Source: Patescibacteria group bacterium
GTDB taxonomy: Bacteria > Patescibacteriota > JAHJAL01
Assembly: GCA_049322675.1 (NCBI GenBank)
Contig: JBMORM010000009.1
Coordinates: forward strand, 16,934-80,933
Reading direction: 5' to 3'
DNA: 64,000 nt
Positions 61,514 to 64,000 of the stretch are shown one piece after another. The translations under genes and the position numbers were made by a program. Position 1 is the stretch's first letter. Every line of letters begins with the position of its first letter. The notes beneath the pieces were generated by a model that did no database searches, was not told the origin of the DNA, and worked only from the letters and a program-made list of their open reading frames with translations.

Positions 61514-62368
61514 TTGAAAGGCTTATTTGAGAAGTACCTATGCGAAGATGTCGGCATAGACAAAGACTATACAAAGAGAATCACAGGAAGATTCATCGAT
61601 AAGAAAAGATTTGAAAGTTCCAATTTGCAACATCTGCTGATGACTCCTCATCATGGAGCTTATTATAGTTTTCTTAATAAAAAAAATATACACCTCAATC
61701 CAATAGCGTTCTTCGAAAGAGGACTTATTGGGGATATAGCACGCGATCTTGGTAATGACAAATTAAAAAAACTGATAGATGATTCAATTTTACGAATTTT
61801 AATTCACGAAGAGACTCATGCTGTATCGCACGATATTTATCAAACTGAGGAACAACTCGGGAGGGAAAACACGCATTCTCTTGGATATAATATAATCACT
61901 ATTAATCGAAAGAAATTGGGAGTAGTTGAATTTTTATTTAGTAAATCGGAAAATATGTTGATAAATGAAGGGATTACGGATTTGATCGCTGACAAGATAG
62001 CCGACAAATACTATTTGAATAATAATATGGAAATTCCTCCAAGAGAAAATACAAATAAGCTTATTTATATGATAACTGGTCACGGTTATATTTCGACAAA
62101 AGAGATAATCAATGAATTAATTGATGAAATTTCAGACGAATGTCAGATTGATAAAAAAGTAATATGGGACAGATTGGTTAGGGATTATTTTGGTGGACTA
62201 GAAGGAAAAAAACAAATAATTGAAACTTTATTATCATGTTTTTCGCAGGATTTTTTGAAAAAATTTATAAAGATTAGCAATGAAAATAACTTGCGTAAAT
62301 TGATTAGAAATTATCTAATGAAGAATAAACCAATGGTTGAATGGAATGACGAGAAAAGAAAAAAATAG
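61514..62368 (+). CDS. Putative gluzincin-like metallopeptidase, paralog 2 (HEETHAVSH ... NEGITD); the ORF begins at TTG right after an in-frame TGA; the first ATG is at 61640
   Basis: HExxHxxxH plus NEGITD; aligns with 60320-61261 over the IY..GY.S..IS..C..D...W....YF block. Confidence 0.5.
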   Translation: MKGLFEKYLCEDVGIDKDYTKRITGRFIDKKRFESSNLQHLLMTPHHGAYYSFLNKKNIHLNPIAFFERGLIGDIARDLGNDKLKKLIDDSILRILIHEETHAVSHDIYQTEEQLGRENTHSLGYNIITINRKKLGVVEFLFSKSENMLINEGITDLIADKIADKYYLNNNMEIPPRENTNKLIYMITGHGYISTKEIINELIDEISDECQIDKKVIWDRLVRDYFGGLEGKKQIIETLLSCFSQDFLKKFIKISNENNLRKLIRNYLMKNKPMVEWNDEKRKK

Positions 62369-62416
62369 GCAATTTTTTTCATTTAGAATTGGAGAATATA
62401 GGGTGATGTTACTTAT

Positions 62417-62445
62417 TTGCGTCTTTTTTGCGATTTTGGTATAAT
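62417..62445 (+). promoter_or_regulatory. Promoter TTGCGT-N17-TGgTATAAT (extended -10) upstream of rpmE
   Basis: Counted directly. Confidence 0.45.
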
Positions 62446-62471
62446 TCTTTTGTTATTAAATAATTTTTATC

Positions 62472-62888
62472 ATGAAAAAAGAAATACATCCAAAATATGC
62501 TAAGTCGGTGATAACCTGTGCATGCGGTAATGTGATTGAAACAAGATCTATTAAACCTGAAATGAGAATCGAAATATGTTCAAATTGCCATCCGGTATTT
62601 ACCGGAAAGCAAAAGTACGTTGACACTGAAGGTCGTCTTGAACGTTTTCAGGCAATGTTTTCTGCTAGTTTAGAAAAGGGGAAAACAAAAAAAGATAAGA
62701 AAGTAAGAGTGCGAAGAAAAAAAGTTAGTATGGATATAAAAAATATTATTGCCGATCAAGAAAAAAGAAAAAACGAGAGACAAGCTCTAAAGAAGAAAAA
62801 AGAGATTAAAAAGAATGAAGAAGAGGCGAAAAGTGTTAAAGTTGTAAAGAAGGCCGCGAAGGCAAAAGAAAAAAAGAAGGATTTGTAA
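62472..62888 (+). CDS. rpmE: 50S ribosomal protein L31 with a Lys-rich C-terminal extension
   Basis: MKKEIHPKY...C.C...C..CHP zinc ribbon. Confidence 0.85.
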   Translation: MKKEIHPKYAKSVITCACGNVIETRSIKPEMRIEICSNCHPVFTGKQKYVDTEGRLERFQAMFSASLEKGKTKKDKKVRVRRKKVSMDIKNIIADQEKRKNERQALKKKKEIKKNEEEAKSVKVVKKAAKAKEKKKDL

Positions 62889-62897
62889 CTACAGAAA

Positions 62898-62960
62898 ACA
62901 AGAGTTGCTCAAAGGTAACTCTTGTTTATTAATTAAGACGAGAGCATTCTTGTCTTTTTT
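62898..62960 (+). terminator. Two tandem hairpins after rpmE; the second (aagacgag/cttgtctt) is followed by T6
   Basis: Read directly. Confidence 0.5.
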
Positions 62961-62978
62961 ATTTGATTATTTAATAAA

Positions 62979-64000
62979 TATGCTACCATATTGGGAAAAT
63001 ATAAAAAAAGAATTGTCGGAAATTGAGAAGAAATTATTGAAGCCTGAGGTAATTTCAAATCCCAAGCTCTTACAAGAACTTTCGGTGGAAAGATCCAGAT
63101 TGAAAGAAATGGCTGATGATATTGACAATTTGGAAAATATTGAAAAAGAAATTTTGGGAAGCAACTATTTAATTGATACCGAGCAAGATGGGGAATTGAA
63201 GGAAATGGCACAAATGGAGTTGGAATCCCTGAAACAAAAAAAGAGCGAGTTGGAGAATAAGTTAAAAATATGTTTGATACCGCCTGACTTGAGAGATAAA
63301 AAAAATGTGATCGTGGAGATAAGAGCTGGCGCAGGTGGAGATGAAGCTGGTATATTTGCGGCAAACCTGATGCGAATGTACATGAGATATGCCGAAGAAA
63401 ATGGATGGAAATCGAAAATAATTTCTACAAATAGTACAGGAGTTGGTGGTTTGAAAGAAGCTATTTTTTTGTTGGAAGGCCAAAATGTTTTTAAAAAGAT
63501 GAAATACGAAAGTGGGGTGCATAGAGTACAGAGAGTACCCGTTACAGAAAAATCGGGTCGTATTCATACCTCCACGGCGACAGTGGCAGTATTACCAGAA
63601 GCCGAAGAAATCGACATTGAAATAAAACCGGAGGAAGTCAGAGTAGATGTATATCGGGCTTCAGGACATGGTGGACAAGGAGTTAATACAACTGATTCAG
63701 CGGTGCGAATAACCCACTTGCCGTCGGGAATTGTTGTAACTTGTCAGGATGAAAGATCACAGTTGCAAAATAAGGCCAAGGCTATGATGGTCTTACGAGC
63801 AAAATTGCTGGAGGCTGAAGAAGAAAAATCAAGAAAAGAAAGGGGCGACGCGCGAAAATCACAGGTAGGCACAGGAGATAGAAGTGAAAAAATTCGGACT
63901 TACAATTATCCACAAGATCGAATTACAGACCATAGAATTAAAGAGTCATGGGGAAATATTGCGTCGATATTAGAAGGTAACCTTGAACCAATTTTCAACA
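62979..64000 (+). CDS. prfA: Peptide chain release factor 1 (3' end beyond the window edge)
   Basis: PVT tripeptide motif, GGQ motif ([21 protein letters not shown]). Confidence 0.9.

Overview
The window is AT-rich (about 30-35% GC by eye) and gene-dense, with short intergenic spacers and mostly minus-strand coding. It looks like a reduced-genome bacterium, probably CPR/Patescibacteria-like. Supporting this are a standalone 16S rRNA gene with several substitutions in 'universal' primer sites and an archaeal-type ProRS. Nucleotide metabolism is salvage-oriented, there are many glycosyltransferases, and no mobile-element genes were seen. From 5' to 3': a GC-richer partial giant surface-repeat protein (1-2127, minus strand, runs off the window). 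A secreted coiled-coil protein with a degenerate heavy-metal-binding-like motif, next to an OmpR/HK two-component pair. dgkA-ybeY-rpsU(TTG start)-HIT-RDD-MTTase-hisS-rel-clpC-nusA. A glycosyltransferase trio, mreB and murA. A divergent membrane protein, then obg, cca, a LysM/M23 peptidase, CapA, proS, a CPBP protease and rseP. frr, then tsf-rpsB with no pyrH between tsf and frr. A methyltransferase, a kinase-like gene and tRNA-Ala(UGC) with a TTGGAAATT repeat array upstream. rplJL and rplU-secE-nusG-rplK-rplA, separated by about 7 kb (a secreted beta-propeller protein, a dcd-dCMP deaminase-folA-thyA-tmk dTTP operon and a Cys-rich hypothetical). Two overlapping hypotheticals, a P-type ATPase, a K-rich hypothetical, tRNA-Ile(GAU) and a secreted hypothetical. 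The 16S rRNA (54701-56190, minus) with terminator-promoter architecture upstream. Finally rpmE and prfA (partial). The most unusual locus is at 57.1-62.4 kb, between the 16S gene and rpmE. A near-consensus promoter is followed by a 119-aa protein, an 819-aa N-terminally membrane-anchored FtsK/HerA-superfamily ATPase with type-IV-coupling-protein-like motifs, and a 76-aa coiled-coil protein. After these come two divergent paralogous ~300-aa proteins that each carry an HExxH...NEGITD gluzincin-like signature. No relaxase, VirB components or integrase accompany this module. It is the best candidate here for an undescribed system, possibly a DNA/protein translocation ATPase with metallopeptidase partners. 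Other notable points: the 16S carries compensatory covariations and is unlinked from any 23S/5S; the rplKA/rplJL cluster is split; rplU has relocated next to secE; and a TTGGAAAT motif recurs in two upstream regions.
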